Below, in pieces: positions 14,101 to 28,924 of a stretch of DNA of 64,000 nucleotides. The stretch is taken from positions 85,560,001-85,624,000 of the forward strand of contig OX597817.1 in NCBI GenBank assembly GCA_951406725.2, written 5' to 3'. The number at the start of each line of letters is the position of its first letter. Position 1 is the stretch's first letter. The translations under genes were made by a program, and so were the position numbers. The notes under the pieces were generated by a model, which was given only the letters and a program-made list of their open reading frames with translations, ran no database searches and was not told the DNA's origin. This stretch comes from Octopus vulgaris (lineage: Eukaryota).

Positions 14101-15476
14101 TGGGTTACCATTTAATGTAATTCAAGGCACAAGAAAATTTAAGCAATTGTCTTGTACTCTAATCACAACTAACCCTTCAAAGTGACTTGAAATACTAATA
14201 CACCCAATCTGTGATGGTCTGCCGCAATGAATTTATACAACATTGCTTAAACAGCATCCAAAAATCTAGGCTTCTTCTTTAGTGTCAGCAAATACTTCAA
14301 CCTTGATTACTTGTGGAATTTTTATAAAGACCAAGAGTGATCTATATTAAAATACTAAAGAGAGGCAAACGTGAAGATCACTTCACACCACATGGTTTGG
14401 TGTTCAATCCCACTGTGTAATACCTTGGCAAGTTTCTTCAACTATGACTGAAAGTCAATAAATACCATGTGAATGAATTTGGTAAAGGTTTGTTTTGTGT
14501 GGGGGTGGGGTCCATGTGTGTGCATATGTCTTTATGTTGGTTTCTCGCTGCTTGTTGGGTTGTTTATGGTTTATAACTTAGCAGCTCCACAAAAGAAAAC
14601 TGATAGAATAAGTACCAGACTCAAAATAAGTACTGAGCTTAATTTCATTGACCAAACCCTTCAAGTTGATGCTCCAGGATGGCTACTGTTCAAAGATTGA
14701 AATGGGTCAAATAAAAGTGATGCTACTATGCAACAAACATCCTCAACCATAATCAAATGATAACCAAAATTTTCTCTTTAATTCACTTCAATTCTACCTC
14801 ACATGTGTATATTCTCTTCTTGCTTCCTCTTCTAATGCTGCTTTGATGGCCTCTGCATCTCTGAACTAGTTACATACCACCCACTCATCCAATCCACCTG
14901 TTTACCTTCCTCCTGTCTCCACTTTTCAGATTTTGTACTGAATACTTCTTTTCCAAAATAGTAACATTCCAGAATTCTCTGCTTACCCAAGTTTTTCTTT
15001 GCAAAAATCAAACCTTGAAATGTCTAAACTAAGCACAAACAACATTAATCTCAATGATATGGAAGGTCCATGATAAATCATATATGCTACTCCACCTAAC
15101 TCCTTTAACTTACTTTGAAAGAAAATCAATATTAGACAATTTAAATATCAAATTAACAAAATATGTAAATTATGTGACTCAAATTTTACAAAAGTGAACA
15201 CCTACCTACTTGAATGAAGGCTCAATGAATGTTGCTTATGAAAAGCTCTTAATGGCTATCATATCACCCAGGTATATCTCTCCCATCTCTTAAAATTTTA
15301 TGTAGCTAAACAAGTTCAAACTATTAACTAAGCCTAGAAAATGAAAAGTCTAGATATAAGCTGTATAATTAAGGTAGACTTCAAAAGAAATATTTTAGAT
15401 ATTAACTTGTTGAGATGCTTTTTATAAGATACTTCCTAGTTATTAATATATATTAATATTAATGTATATATACGTA

Positions 15477-15695
15477 AGGCAGTGAGCTGACAGAATCATT
15501 ACCGGGCTGGGCAAAATGGTTAGCAGCATTTCATTCATCCTTACATTCTGAATTCAAATGCCACCAAGGTTGACTTTGCTTTTTGTCCTTTTGAGGTCGA
15601 TAAAATAAGTACCAGTTGAGCCCTAGAGTCAATGAAATTGATTTATCCACTCACTTGAAATTGCTGGTCTTGTACCAAAATTTGAAACCAATATT
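15477..15695 (+). mobile_element. SINE family A copy
   Basis: aggcagtgagctgacagaa head and gtcgataaaataagtaccagtt core. Confidence 0.8.
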
Positions 15696-15774
15696 ACTAT
15701 ATATAACCTGGTTGGTTATTTCATTAACTATGCTATCAGCTTGAATCACATGGCACCATAACATAATATAAAAA

Positions 15775-15908
15775 AGCTCAAGCTATGAAAATTCAAGTTG
15801 TGGAAACTTTAGTTGCGAAAAACTCTAGTTGCAAAAATCTCAGGTTATGAAAACTTTAGTTGTGAAAACTCTAGCTGTGTAAACTCTAGCTGTGAAATCT
15901 CTAGCTAT
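15775..15908. repeat. 17-bp minisatellite (aaaactctagttgtga-like, ~8 copies)
   Basis: Visible tandem units aaactctagttgc, aaactttagttgt, aaactctagctgt. Confidence 0.85.
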
Positions 15909-16421
15909 ACACATTTTTCACTGATGCAGAACTTGAATAGTTTATACTGATATGACAAGTACCAAAATAAACTTTTCCTTTTTCATTTTTAACAGCATTG
16001 TGACATTATTGTTTAAAATGCAGCATTGTTAACGATTGTCAAACTGAAATGTCATCAACATATTTTGAGCAGTTTAAATGACCCGGAGTTCTTTTGAACT
16101 GATGATATTAACAGTCAGACCTTTAAAGGGACAATTCAGTTGAAATAGAAGAGCAGATAGTGACATATGTTGGTGTACCATGAGACATAAAAATCTAACA
16201 TTCCAGACTATATTTTATCATACAGCAACAATTTTTTTTTTACTCCTATCCACCATAATCATAATCCCTATAGAGTTGTAGATTGGCAGAATCATTAAAG
16301 CATTTAAAAAATTGCCTTGTGGTAGTTCTTTTACTTCTTTATGTTCAGAGTTCTAATTTGGCTGATGTCAGCTTTGCCTTTCATTCTTCCAGTGCTGATA
16401 AAATTAAGTATCAGACATATA

Positions 16422-16933
16422 TTGTAAATCCTCAAGTATAGTCTGCCCTTGAGTATAATATGCAGGGAATTTTTAGGGGGCTGTAACTCTGAAAAACCTA
16501 ACCCTTGTGTATAATACACACTCCTTCTCTAACATGAGTCAAGGAGGTCTATAAAACGTCCTTGGTTTGTAAAATTGTATACGCTAATGTCCTTTATTAT
16601 TATTGTATATATAACATAATGCAAACGTGTAGCTTTTTTGTGCATTTTGTTTTCAGAAAATAAAGAAATAACAGTAATAACGTTTAATAAATGTTGCTTA
16701 CTGCAAGTTATGGATGATTCTTTTATGACTTCATTGCTTTCGGACTTAGCTTAAGGTATTTTCACACCCGACATCACAAAATGCGTCTGAATAAACATTG
16801 CCAGACAGCAAATAGAGACTTGGACATTGCTTAGAAAATAATTTTCATTTTTAACCTTGTATATAGTACGCACTAGGGATTTTGACCTTTAAATTTTGGG
16901 GAAAAAATGCGGATTATACTTGAGGATTTACGG
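16422..16933. mobile_element. Tc2/pogo-type MITE with TA target duplication, nested in a family A SINE
   Basis: Left ta|ttgtaaatcctcaagtatagtctgc, right gcggattatacttgaggatttacgg|ta; the SINE core stops at ~16420 and resumes at 16936 (ctagggtcaat). Confidence 0.8.
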
Positions 16934-17084
16934 TACTAGGGTCAATGGTATCAGCTAGCCCTTCTCCTCAAAATTGCTGACCTTGAACCTAAATTCAAAC
17001 CAATTATCACCCTCATAATTAGCAGTAATAATTTTAATTTCTGCTTTTACAAAGAATTGACTTAATTTAGCAAATTCTTATTAT

Positions 17085-17435
17085 GCAGGAGTGGCAGTGT
17101 GGTAAGTAGCTTGCTTACCAACCATATGGTTCCAGGTTCATTCCCACTGCATGGCACCTTGTGCAAGTGTCTTCTACTATAGCCTTGACCCAACGAAAGC
17201 CTTGTGAGTGGATTTGGTAGATGGAAACTGAAGGAGGCCCGTTGTATATATATATATGTATGTGTGTTTATATGTTTGTGTGTCTGTGTTTGTCTTAGGG
17301 GTTCGGCAAAAGAGACTGATAGAATAAATACTAGGCTTCAAAAAAATAAGTCCTGGGGGTGATTTGCTCAACTGAAGGCGATGCTCCAGCATGGCCGCAG
17401 TCAAATGACTAAAACAAGTAAAAGAGTAAAAGAGA
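17085..17435 (+). mobile_element. SINE family B (tRNA-derived head plus CORE-like ccttg.gcaagtg)
   Basis: gtggcagtgtgg A-box, ggttcattccc B-box, gcaccttgtgcaagtgtc core, tail aagtaaaagagtaaaaga. Confidence 0.85.
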
Positions 17436-17484
17436 AATACTCACCACATACACACATAAAGATATGTATGTGTGTTTGTGTGGG

Positions 17485-17518
<34 letters not shown>

Positions 17519-18141
17519 CATACATATAAATAAATCAAATCTACATAGTGGCAGAATCATTAAAGCATTAGGCAAGATGCCTCATGGTGTTTAATCACAG
17601 CCTTTTATGTACTGAGTACAAATCCTACCTACTCTGCTGAACTTGAGTTCGTCTTTTATTTTTCTGGTGTTGATAAAATAAAATATGAATCAAGAACTGG
17701 TTAAGGTATAATCAATCATACTCATTTCTCAAATTTGAAGTATTGTGTGCCTATGCTAGAAATCAGTATTAGAATCTGCACTATAGAGGTGTGATAAGCC
17801 CCCAGAAAGCAATGTATATGATGCAGTTTCAATTCTTGATTCAGTTAACTCTTAAGTCATTTCAGTTAACTCACTCTATATTTTTTCTCTCTGGCTCTAA
17901 TAAAGTCTTTTTGACAATCCTTAGAATATGACAGAAAACACAAACAGCCAATCATTTGCAAAGTGACAGCACCATCTCTTACTCTTACCTTCATCTCATT
18001 ACCTACCCCTATCTTTGTTCATTCCTACTATTGCCGATCACTCCTCCACCAACTCCATTCCTAAATATCCCTCTACCTTCCCATTATACTTTTCCCTCAT
18101 TCTCTTGGCTCTTCCAACCGCTCACCTATTCTGATGTCTTA

Positions 18142-18200
<59 letters not shown>

Positions 18201-18410
18201 CTCTATACCCCATCTTAGGTCACATGTGGAAATGTACATGCCCTAGGCTATTGAGTACTCTCTACATTTAAACTCCTGCCACCCCTTTCAACTACATACT
18301 TCTCACCTTTCTACTGTCGTTAATCCCTCTCCTATTTCCCTCCTCAGTCTATAAGCCTTGGGTTACTGAGTACTCTGGTGGTGCCACAAGAAAATGCTCC
18401 CAATACATTC

Positions 18411-18643
18411 TTATTTCTTTATTGGCCACAAGGGGCTAAACATAGAGGGGACAAACAAGGACAGACTAAGGGATTAAGTCGATTACATCGACCGCAGTGT
18501 GTAACTGGTACTTAATTTATCGACCCTGAAAGGATGAAAGTCAAAGTCGACCTCGGCGGAATTTGAACTCAAAACGTAACGGCAGACAAAATATCACTAA
18601 GCATTTCGCCCAGCATGCTAACATTTCTGCCAACTCGCTGCCT
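18411..18643 (-). mobile_element. SINE family A monomer
   Basis: Reverse complement of 4551-4785. Confidence 0.85.
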
Positions 18644-19071
18644 TTACAGAATGTACTGCACCCAGTACATTCTGTAAACATTCTGTAAAGTGGTTGGCAA
18701 TAGGAGGAACATCTATCTGAAGAAACTAAACCAAAGACACATATGAGCACCAGCTTTTCAGAGTAGAAGCTCACAATAAGAAATTACTAGGATCTTGACA
18801 ATCTGTCCAATCCATGCTAGCATGGACAGTGGTTGTAAAATTATAATGATAGTAATGATGATGGAAGGGGTGATCACAACAACAGTGACAAATTCCAGCA
18901 GTGACAACAACAGCAATGATGACGATGATGATGATGATTTGTGTATTGGCAGAAACAATAGAGCACATGACTAAATGCTTGCCAGCACTTACTCTGATAC
19001 TCATGTTCTGAGTTCAGATCCTGCTGAGGTCATTTTACTTTTCCTCTCTCCCCCCCTCTCTCTCTTTCTCC

Positions 19072-19116
<45 letters not shown>

Positions 19117-19349
19117 CAAATAAGTTTCAGGCATTGCATTGACTGGAGTCATTTCAACTGACTCAACTCCTTGCCCACAAATTGTTGATGTTCTGCCAAT
19201 GAATGGAATTACTATTAAACCATAACACTGCTTAAATATTCTACTCTGTATTAGCCAAGTCATTGCTGGAGAAATGTATTAGTCAAGCAGTTAAGAGAAT
19301 GTGCAGTATACTATACATACATACATGTATATACATATAGACAAATAAA

Positions 19350-19412
<63 letters not shown>

Positions 19413-19933
19413 CTATAATTCTAAATTACTTGTTATTTTCTAGTTTCACTTCACATTGTTGTTTATGAGTGTATAATACACATCTACACCCATACCCACA
19501 CATGTATGTATACATACATGCACACTCTCTCTCTCTCTCTCTTAATGTAGCTAAATAATCTACAAATGAATTAACTGTTGAGATATTTCTCTGTAGAATC
19601 TCATGGGATGAGAATTGGTATTAATCTAATGACTTTTAATCAGTATTGAAGTAAGTTATTGTTAAAATATTTCCAAGGAATGGCAAATTTTTTTGTTTAG
19701 GAATTTTAGAATTAAGCTGTTTGCAACATTAAAAGAGTACCTATAGAAAGATTGATATGGTAGATTTAGCATACAGCAGTGCTATCTGCTAAAGAAAACA
19801 ATGCAGATAGTGAAGTGATGGAAATGTGTAAATGAAGACATCCCTCATTAGAAATACAAGAAATTTTGTAACTTATCATGAACACTTATTCTACATATAA
19901 TATAATATAATATATATATACATATATATATAT

Positions 19934-19980
<47 letters not shown>

Positions 19981-20369
19981 CACACACACACACATATATA
20001 TGTATGTATGTATATATTTCTTCATGTGAACACAAGTTAGATTATTTTTATCTAAGCCATACTAGCTTGTTAAAGCATTGTTTTACAGCTAGATACCCTT
20101 CCTTTCACTACCCCCTCCCCACACACGTTTCTTGAGTAAATCAAGTAAGGAATCTCTTATTCTACACATCTTCAAAGGCAGTAATCCAGCAGATAACTGG
20201 TTGACAAATGAAATGACAGCAGTGTCACCACTCTTGGCTCTGTGTTTGTTTCCTTCCTCCAACAATCACACTTGATTGAGTGATTGTTGGAGAATGTAAA
20301 AACATATACACACATGCATGTACACACACATGCACACACACACATACATACCCACACACTCACACATAC

Positions 20370-20660
20370 ACATCATCATCATCATCATCATCATTTAATA
20401 TCCATTGTCCATGCTGGCATGCGATGGACAGTTTGACCAGGGTTGACAAGCTGAAAGGCTGCACCAGACTCCAATCTGGTTTGGCATGATTTCTACAGCT
20501 GGATGCCCTTCCAAACTCCAACCACTCTGAGAGTGTAATGGATGTTATTATTTGCCACCTAGATGGGTGCCATTTGCATGACGCCAGTGTCTGCCACAAC
20601 TGTGATTTTACTTGGCTTGATAGGTTTTCTTCTCAAGCACACATAATACCATGATATTCA
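20370..20660 (-). mobile_element. SINE/RTE-tail repeat family D with (GAT)n tail
   Basis: (cat)n followed by tttaa.atcc..t.tccatgctggcatg and tttctacagctggatgcccttcc; related copies near 13140-13330, 28400-28560, 46920-47040 and 47790-47980. Confidence 0.7.
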
Positions 20661-20903
20661 GCATCACTGTCACAACAAGAGTGGTGGTACCATGGAATTT
20701 AATATCCTTGGGCTTTAAGCATGCTGAAACAATGCTGATTCTGGTTCTATGGCTGTCCAAGGTATGACAGTGGGGAAGTAAGCAAACCACAAGATTGAGA
20801 AGTGATTTTCTTAAGCATCCAGTTATGGCTGCACCAGCATATATATATATATTAATCTTTATATTATATTGTATTATAGATCCATTTCAGCTGACCTTGC
20901 CAA

Positions 20904-21162
20904 TCAGTTTCACACATGAATTAGATAATTAGGTGATTACCTAAGACTGTGCTTGCCAAAGTGGCTGGTATGGAAAGTATGGCAACAGCATTTTACTACT
21001 ATCACAGGTTCATTATGTTTTTTTTCACAGAACCCATAAACTTGATGTGACACTTACTGCCCACCAGTGCTAAAGAACCATCACCATACTTTCCATACTA
21101 GTTACTCTAATGAGTGCAGTCTTAGGTTGCCACAAAATTACCTGATTCATGAGCAAAACTGA
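20904..21162. repeat. Degenerate fold-back palindrome (~260 bp)
   Basis: acctaagactg...gtatggaaagtatgg is mirrored by ccatactttccatac...cagtcttaggt. Confidence 0.7.
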
Positions 21163-21371
21163 CAGGTAACATTGCCTAAAACATTCATATTTCTGAACCA
21201 TGTGGTTTTAGTTTGAGTCTCACTATAGCAGCACCTTCAGCGAGTGTCTCTTGCTCTAGTCTCCAAGCTGACCATGGCTTTGTGAGTGGATTTGGTAGAC
21301 TGAAACTGTCATGGTTCAGTGGTTTTTGGGACTGGTCTTAGAGTTCAGAATGGTGTGAATGTGTGTCTCTC

Positions 21372-21455
21372 TGAGTGGTGGTGGCAGTAGTGGTGGTGGT
21401 GGTGGTGGTGGTGGTGGTGGTGGTGGTGGTGGTGGTGGTGGTGGTGGTGGTGGTT
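21372..21455. repeat. (GGT)n microsatellite
   Basis: Direct run. Confidence 0.95.
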
Positions 21456-23269
21456 ATAGTAGTGAATTGGTAGTAGTGAAATGATGATGTAGTTGCATAG
21501 GTAGTGGTGCTATTGTTGATATTGCTGTTGTTCACTCTAGATCAACTCTGATTGAGCAGATCTATGTTCAAAAGTCTTTCAACCATACCTCTCCTATGCT
21601 TTTTCTTTCAAATATAATGTATCTAGGATAACGTGTATCTGGGACATGTTTTATTTTAAATGGATGTGTTTTTTGAGAGAATTTTGGTTTCAAGGACATT
21701 AACAACTTGTTATATTGTACACTGATAGTTATCTAATAAAACTAGTGAAATAAACTTAAGTAGGAAGCAAAACCTATGGACTCAGTGTTAAATATATTTG
21801 TATTCATTGAACTCAAAAGATTTTTCTCTCGTAATATTCCTGAATATTAAAGCATGCAAAATATCAATCAGGCTTTTTAATGCTTTGCTGGCTTAAATCT
21901 TTCTCCTTTAAACATAATCAGAAAACCAGATTGAAGTGTTTCAAAGTATTCAAGTTATATAGGAAAGGTTTATTGATAATTTTATTAAAAAAGGGTAGTG
22001 ATTGTACATATAAATAACTAAAAGATGGATTTGATTGGTTCCTATGTTTTCAACATCAAAGTTAGCTGCATCAGGCTTAAATACAGTAATTACAAAATAA
22101 TATTTATGGTTAACTAACATTATTCTCTGGTCAAACAAACAAGTATGTTAGCTATTCTCTGTGGAAGTATCACTTTACTATTGTTTCACTAACTCTGTAG
22201 GAACCAGTTTAGTACACAGAAATGTTCACCAAAAAGAAAACATTGTGTCACAAAATGAAATTTATTGATAATTTAATTATAAAGTAGAACTGACCAAACT
22301 ATGAAAATCAAAATAGATCAAGTCACTGGAAAAATATTCTTACTTTTGAAATAGAAGTAAGCCAGCTAAGAATATATTTTGGTTTCCTGAGAACAAATGA
22401 ATAGTGGTAGATTTGGAAAGTGATGTAAAGTGTTTTCATCTTATTTTACAGAATAACATTACATGTTTCTTGGATTTCTTAAAAAAACGTTTACTCCACC
22501 CACTAAGAAAGAGATCTGCTATTTGAAGATTGTAGGAAAGCTATTTATATTCATTGACTAGGGAAAACATTTTTAAACAAGCTTTGGGAAATTTGTTATT
22601 CAATATCACTTTCAGAAAACCAGATATTCAAATGTAAGGTATTCTTACCTCCTGAATGTAAAAATACTTTCCAAAGCATAAATTCTGAGTTTTATTCTCT
22701 TCAAAAGTTCTTTCAGTTTAAAACATGTTGATTTATATTAATTTTCATAAACAATTATTCTTAGATCTCCACTTCATTAGATTGTATTACATTATATTAT
22801 ATAACAAGTGTGTTTTGGATTGTTATTCAGCATAAGGGGAAATCATATCTATGTAGAGTGTTTTTAATAGAATACTTCCTTGTTAGGAGATAACTACTTA
22901 TGATGAGCTTAGAGCATGAAAGATCTTTTCAAACCAGAGATCTTTTCACACAGAATAAATTGGAACCATAGCTCAAATTCAATGAGGCTGATGATTGGAG
23001 GCTGATTTAAGGCTGAATAGTTCCAGATCAGTCTTCAATCACCAACCTTAAAACATGGAGTATCTTCTTGTTTCTGTGTTTAGATCTTTAATAGTATTTG
23101 AAATCAATGTTGCGAGTTAGTGAAGTAGTTGTTGGGTATATATTCTCATAGATTTTCACAAAAGTGAAATTTATATATTCATGGTTTAATAATGCCTAAC
23201 TAGCATAAAGCACTTATTTACATAAAGACATTGTGACTTCAAAGTAAGAGCCATTAATCCTTCAACTAG

Positions 23270-23884
23270 TAATTAAACACCTCTTTGATTCAACACCTCT
23301 TTATTTCTATGCCTTTTTAATTCAACATTCCTTTAAATCAATACCCCTTTAACTCACCAGCCTATGTTAGCCATGTTAATTCAACACCACTTTATTCAAC
23401 CCCCTTCCCTGTTAATTGCACACCCAGTTAATTCAATATCCCTTTAATACAACAACCCTTTAATTTAACACCTCTTTAATTCAACACCTATTTATTCAAC
23501 ACCTCTCTATTCAACACCCTATTAATTCAATATTCCTTTTATGCAACACCCCTTTAATTCAACACCCCTTTATTCAATACCTCCTTTCAATACCCTGTTA
23601 ATTCAACACCCTGTTAATTCAATATTCCTTTAATGCAACACCCCTTTAATTCAACACCTCCTCTTTTCAACACCTTATTCAATGCCCCTTTAATTCAACA
23701 CCCCTTTAATGCAATGCCCCTTTAATTCAACACCCCTTTAATGCAATGCCCCTTTAATGCAACAATCCCTTTAACTCAAAATGCTTTTATTCAGCTCCTC
23801 CTTATTCAACTTCCTTTTAATTCAATGCCTTTTTACTCTACTCCCTTTAGTGCAACACTTCTTTAATTCAATACCCTTTTAATT
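23270..23884. repeat. Degenerate ~16-17-bp minisatellite, consensus approximately ccctttaattcaacac
   Basis: Several dozen adjacent variants of tttaattcaacacccc. Confidence 0.9.
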
Positions 23885-25377
23885 GAGCAAGAAGCCAGTT
23901 TTGAATTTTTTTTTTCTAAAATAGTGAATGAATAAAGTCAATGTGTTTATAGATAAAATATTTGATGTGGCTTTTTTTTTTTATCTTACTTAAATTTAGT
24001 ATCCTGAACTATCAATTACATTGTTTCTGAACAGTTATACTGTTAATTATCTTAACTAATGAATCATGTTAGTTTTAAATTAAGTTCATATGGATTGTTA
24101 ATTTCTGACCTATATTGTTTCTGTCAAGAAACTGTCTGGCAATTATGGTACTATACTTCTCTCTCAAGAATTACTTCCAACAAATGTTGAAAATCTATTA
24201 AACCTTCAAGATGGTTTTGCTAATCTTTAATATTCATATCTCTTCTATTTAAATACCATATGTATGTGTGTGTGTGTGTGTGTGTACTTAGTCACTCAGT
24301 TTCAATGTGATCAGTCTCAATTTTGCTTCTTTTTTTGTTTTAGTGCTCTATGCCATTTTATGTTCTTTTGTAATCTTTCTAGGAAAGGTCAGCAGTGAAA
24401 ATTTAACTCCTAGACTTCAATAAATATTTTAAACTGTCAAAATTATTCTAAATACCAGAACTTCCAATTAATTATCAATTAATTACATAAACTGTTTCAA
24501 ATCAGCTTTAAATTCATTTTCAATATTTCTATGAAAGCAGAAAACACTGATTTGACAATATTAAGATTGAGTAAATGTGAAAAACATAACACTAGGTGTT
24601 AAAGGAAGGACAAAACCATAGAAAATGGAAAGTGTCATTAGGAAGAACTTGTAGATGTGAGAAATAGCAATAATAAATCATTTTTCTTTTATCTTTAATT
24701 ATTAGCAGAAAAGTAGGCCTAAGTGATACTATAAGTCAATGAGATTAATTGGCAGGTGTTCACTTCTAAAAGTTCATAATTACAGGTTTGAATTTATGGT
24801 CAGAGTTCAAATCCTGCTGAGTTCAACTTTGCTTTTCATCCTCCCAAGGTTGTTAAAATAAAGTTCCAATTAAGCACAGTGGGGTTGATGGTATTGGCTA
24901 ACTCCACTCACTCAAATTTGCCTAAATTAGAAACCATAATTATAGGTCTGAATAGTACTGTAATTCATATGGAAAAAAGTAACAATTTTTAATAATAACA
25001 TTCATAAACACAAAGTTTTGAGTTAAATGTAAAAGCACTTGTTGAAATATTGTGTATGTGTTCGTGAAATGATTTTTTTTTTTAGGGTGAGAGTCACATG
25101 TAGTGTAGGTGGTAAATATGACAAGATAAAAGTTACAGACTCAGTAGATGTGTGGTTTGTAACCTGGTAAATAGAGATACAACAAACCAATGTCACATGT
25201 AACTGAAATACATCTTATATTAAAAGTACTTGAAAAATAGTAGATTCCATTTGTTACTGCTCTAGCTGAGTTCTACTCAAAGAGAAAGAGAAAGATGCAG
25301 CCTGATCTGCATTCCACTGGGAAAAGAATGAGAGATTTGTGTACTCATTTATTTAACTAGTGCATAGCTAAAGATAC

Positions 25378-25529
<152 letters not shown>

Positions 25530-26141
25530 GATTCAGTGACTAATGAAAAATGGGAAATTACTAAAATTTCATCTACTTGAATGAGGGTTGCAATGTAGGT
25601 GATATAGAATTTAAGAATAGAGTAAATTTGAAGGAAGTTGACAAACTGACTCAGCTTAACTTATTCAACCATGAAAAATTTATCAACATTAAGTTCCTAA
25701 TTAGGATAATAATGTTCATGCTGCTAATAATCAGGATGTAAAAGACTTAACATAATTACTATTGAGAAGTGATTAATGTTAGCTGATAAATTAAGAAACA
25801 TCTGTTCTAAATTCTTAGGTTTTCCAACAATACTGACTATAATTAATTTAATGTCACATACATATATGATTATGACTTTCTGTTTTTCATTCTGCAGACA
25901 TTGTAGGGAAAAATGAGATATAATTGGCAGTGGTTAAGTAATATTTCACTGAAGTGTTTTGCTTAATGACTGATTACTAAATAAAACAGCATTAGACGAT
26001 AAATTGTTACCTTAAGCAAATATAATATTGATAAGGTTAGCAAAATATTTGTTACATGTAAATTATCTGTGAAGTACACATAATGTGTTGATGTGAGCAC
26101 AACAAACGCATACAAACACACACACACACACACGTATTTAA

Positions 26142-26372
<231 letters not shown>

Positions 26373-26464
26373 TGTTTCTTTCTTTATTAGCCACACAGGG
26401 CTGAACACAGACAGGACAAATTACAAAGTAGAGCTTTTCTTTTTGGGGAGAAAAAAAAGTGAGG

Positions 26465-26496
<32 letters not shown>

Positions 26497-26581
26497 TAGA
26501 CAGACAGATTGATAGATTTCTATAGTTGATAAAAAGAAAAAATATGAAGACAAAGGAAACAATATGTATTAGAAATCATTT

Positions 26582-26618
<37 letters not shown>

Positions 26619-28227
26619 GCACACACACACACATGGACATACATGTGTGTGTGTGTGTGAGATAGATAGAGAGAGAGAGAGAGAGGGAGACAGACAGAGT
26701 TTATACACACACACACAATATATTGGGTTGAAAATTAGCAACATTAATAACAATACAAAGAACTCAATGAAAATTAAGAAAGTAGCAGCCACTTTGGCAT
26801 ATTGAGCTTAAGTTATTCCTTAGAAACTGTGACAGAGAGAAGGGAAGAGTGTAGAAGGGAAGAAAAAAACAGGTGTAATGGAGAAATGTGTGATTGATCT
26901 GTGTCAGGTCATGTTGAAAATGTATATGTGATGTGTTATTGTTAGTGATGATGAACATGAGAAAGAGTACTCAATACTGGGAGATAGAGTTTGTGTATAT
27001 AATTATATGCTATTATAGTCAGCACTATATATATTATTTTTAGAATTTCATTGTTGTTTTTCTGTCTCCTGATGGCTGGAAGGAATCAATGTTATGGTCT
27101 AGGTGTATGCTATGTAATTTGCATCTTATCTTGATTGGTAATTCTTTATCACTGTGTGTGTAGCATTCATTTACTCATTGCCTGCCACCAGCCATAGTAT
27201 ATACACTCATCCTTCACCTTCTATGCTAACTCTTTCTCTATCTCTCTTTTGCTCTCTACCTTTCTCTTTATATGACATAAAGTATGATTGGAAAAGTCAG
27301 CCAACCAACCAATATTTATATTAGCTATTATACAGAGATTATTATTGTAACATGTGATGTATTACAGTTATTGTTAGATGTGTTGGTGCTACTAATTAGT
27401 GTGTATTCTGTTTTACTACTTGTTTTCTGATACAACTGTTTGTTGATTTTCTGTTTTTCTTTGTTATTCAGTTTCTTGATTCATTTTTGTTGTGCATGGT
27501 GTTGATGTATTTGAGATTATCTCTAGTCTTTATCAGATTCAGTCTGTTTTATTAGTGTAATTTGGGTTGTATCTTTTATGTTGTCTTGTGAGATATCTAT
27601 AATCATTTCGTTGAATCTACTACAATTTTTATGTTGTTGGGTTATCCTAACATTAATGCTATTTCTTAGTAGGAGTGATCCCAGTCAGCTATTTGTTACA
27701 GTTTTGAAAGTGTTTATCTCTTCTTATTGATGTGTGTATGCTGTGTTGGTGATAGTCAAATGAGAGTTTGAGAACTGTTTACTATGGGGTTATGCTAGCT
27801 AGAAGTTTGGAGCAGAGAGATTATAAAAGAAGTTGTTAGTTTGGTGAGTTTGTTTTGGATATAAAGTAATTCTAGTTGTGATAGGAAGAAGTTGTTACAT
27901 TGGTGGGCATGTTGGTATAAGATGGTTTAGGATATAAAAAAAGTTTGATTGTGATGAATGTGAGTTTTTAGTTTGGTGGGTACATTGATGTGGATTATTT
28001 TAGATGTCTTATCTTTCACTTGTTTCAGCTATTAGACTGCTGCCATACAGGCGTGCTACCTTGAAGAATTTTAGTCAAAAACAAGTCAACCCCAGTACAT
28101 TTTTTTAAAGCTTGGTACTTATTCTATTGATCTTTGTAGCCAAATGACTAAGTAAGGGGACATAAACACACCAACACCAGTTGGTGGTGGACAAACACAG
28201 ACACTAAGACACACATGCATATATATA

Positions 28228-28408
28228 TGGTGCCATGTAAAAAGCACCTATGTCAATAGTATGTAAAAAGCGTACCTGTACTGATGGCATGTAAAAAGCA
28301 CCTGTGCTGATACCATGTAAAAAGCACTTGTGCTGGTTCCACATAAAAAAGCACCTGTGTCAGTACAAAATAAAACGCACCTGTGCTGATATCAAGTGAA
28401 AAGCACCT
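28228..28408. repeat. ~26-bp tandem array (tgccatgtaaaaagcacctgtgctg) inside a SINE-like repeat
   Basis: About 7 adjacent units sharing aaaagcac. Confidence 0.8.
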
Positions 28409-28882
28409 TCTGTAAAGTGGTTGGCATTAGGAAGGGCATCCAACCATAGAAAACAAGCCAAAACACACAACTAGAACTTAGTGCAGCTCTCCAGCTTGCC
28501 AGCTCTAGCCAAACCACCCAACCTGTGCCAGCATGGAAACCAGATGTTAAATGATGACGATAAGGATGGTGATATATATACAACAGGCTTTTTTCAGTTT
28601 CTGTATACCAGATCCACAGAAAGTTTACTCATGATGCTATTGTAGCTGTTGTCTGTATTATTTTTGTACAAGGAAGTGTTCTGCACACTGAAGCATGTAG
28701 ATGGTGGGAATGTGTTCAGCTATTATAGTTAGGGTGCTTAACCCAGTGATATGTTGGAGAAGATTTGTATATGTTTATTATGTTAATGCTTTTAGTTGTT
28801 GGTCATTATTTTAAATACTTATATTTCTAGTTTGTTGTTGCTCTCTGATAAATTTAGAAGTAGTGTTTGTAGTAAAGTATGA

Positions 28883-28924
<42 letters not shown>

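Noticed and set aside
22616-22633. 18-nt micro-exon candidate (ttcag|...|gtaagg)
   Set aside because: Splice-like signals of this quality arise by chance in 64 kb; no other support.
23270-23884. CRISPR-like appearance of the short-repeat array
   Set aside because: No unique spacers, degenerate adjacent units, eukaryotic context, no cas genes.
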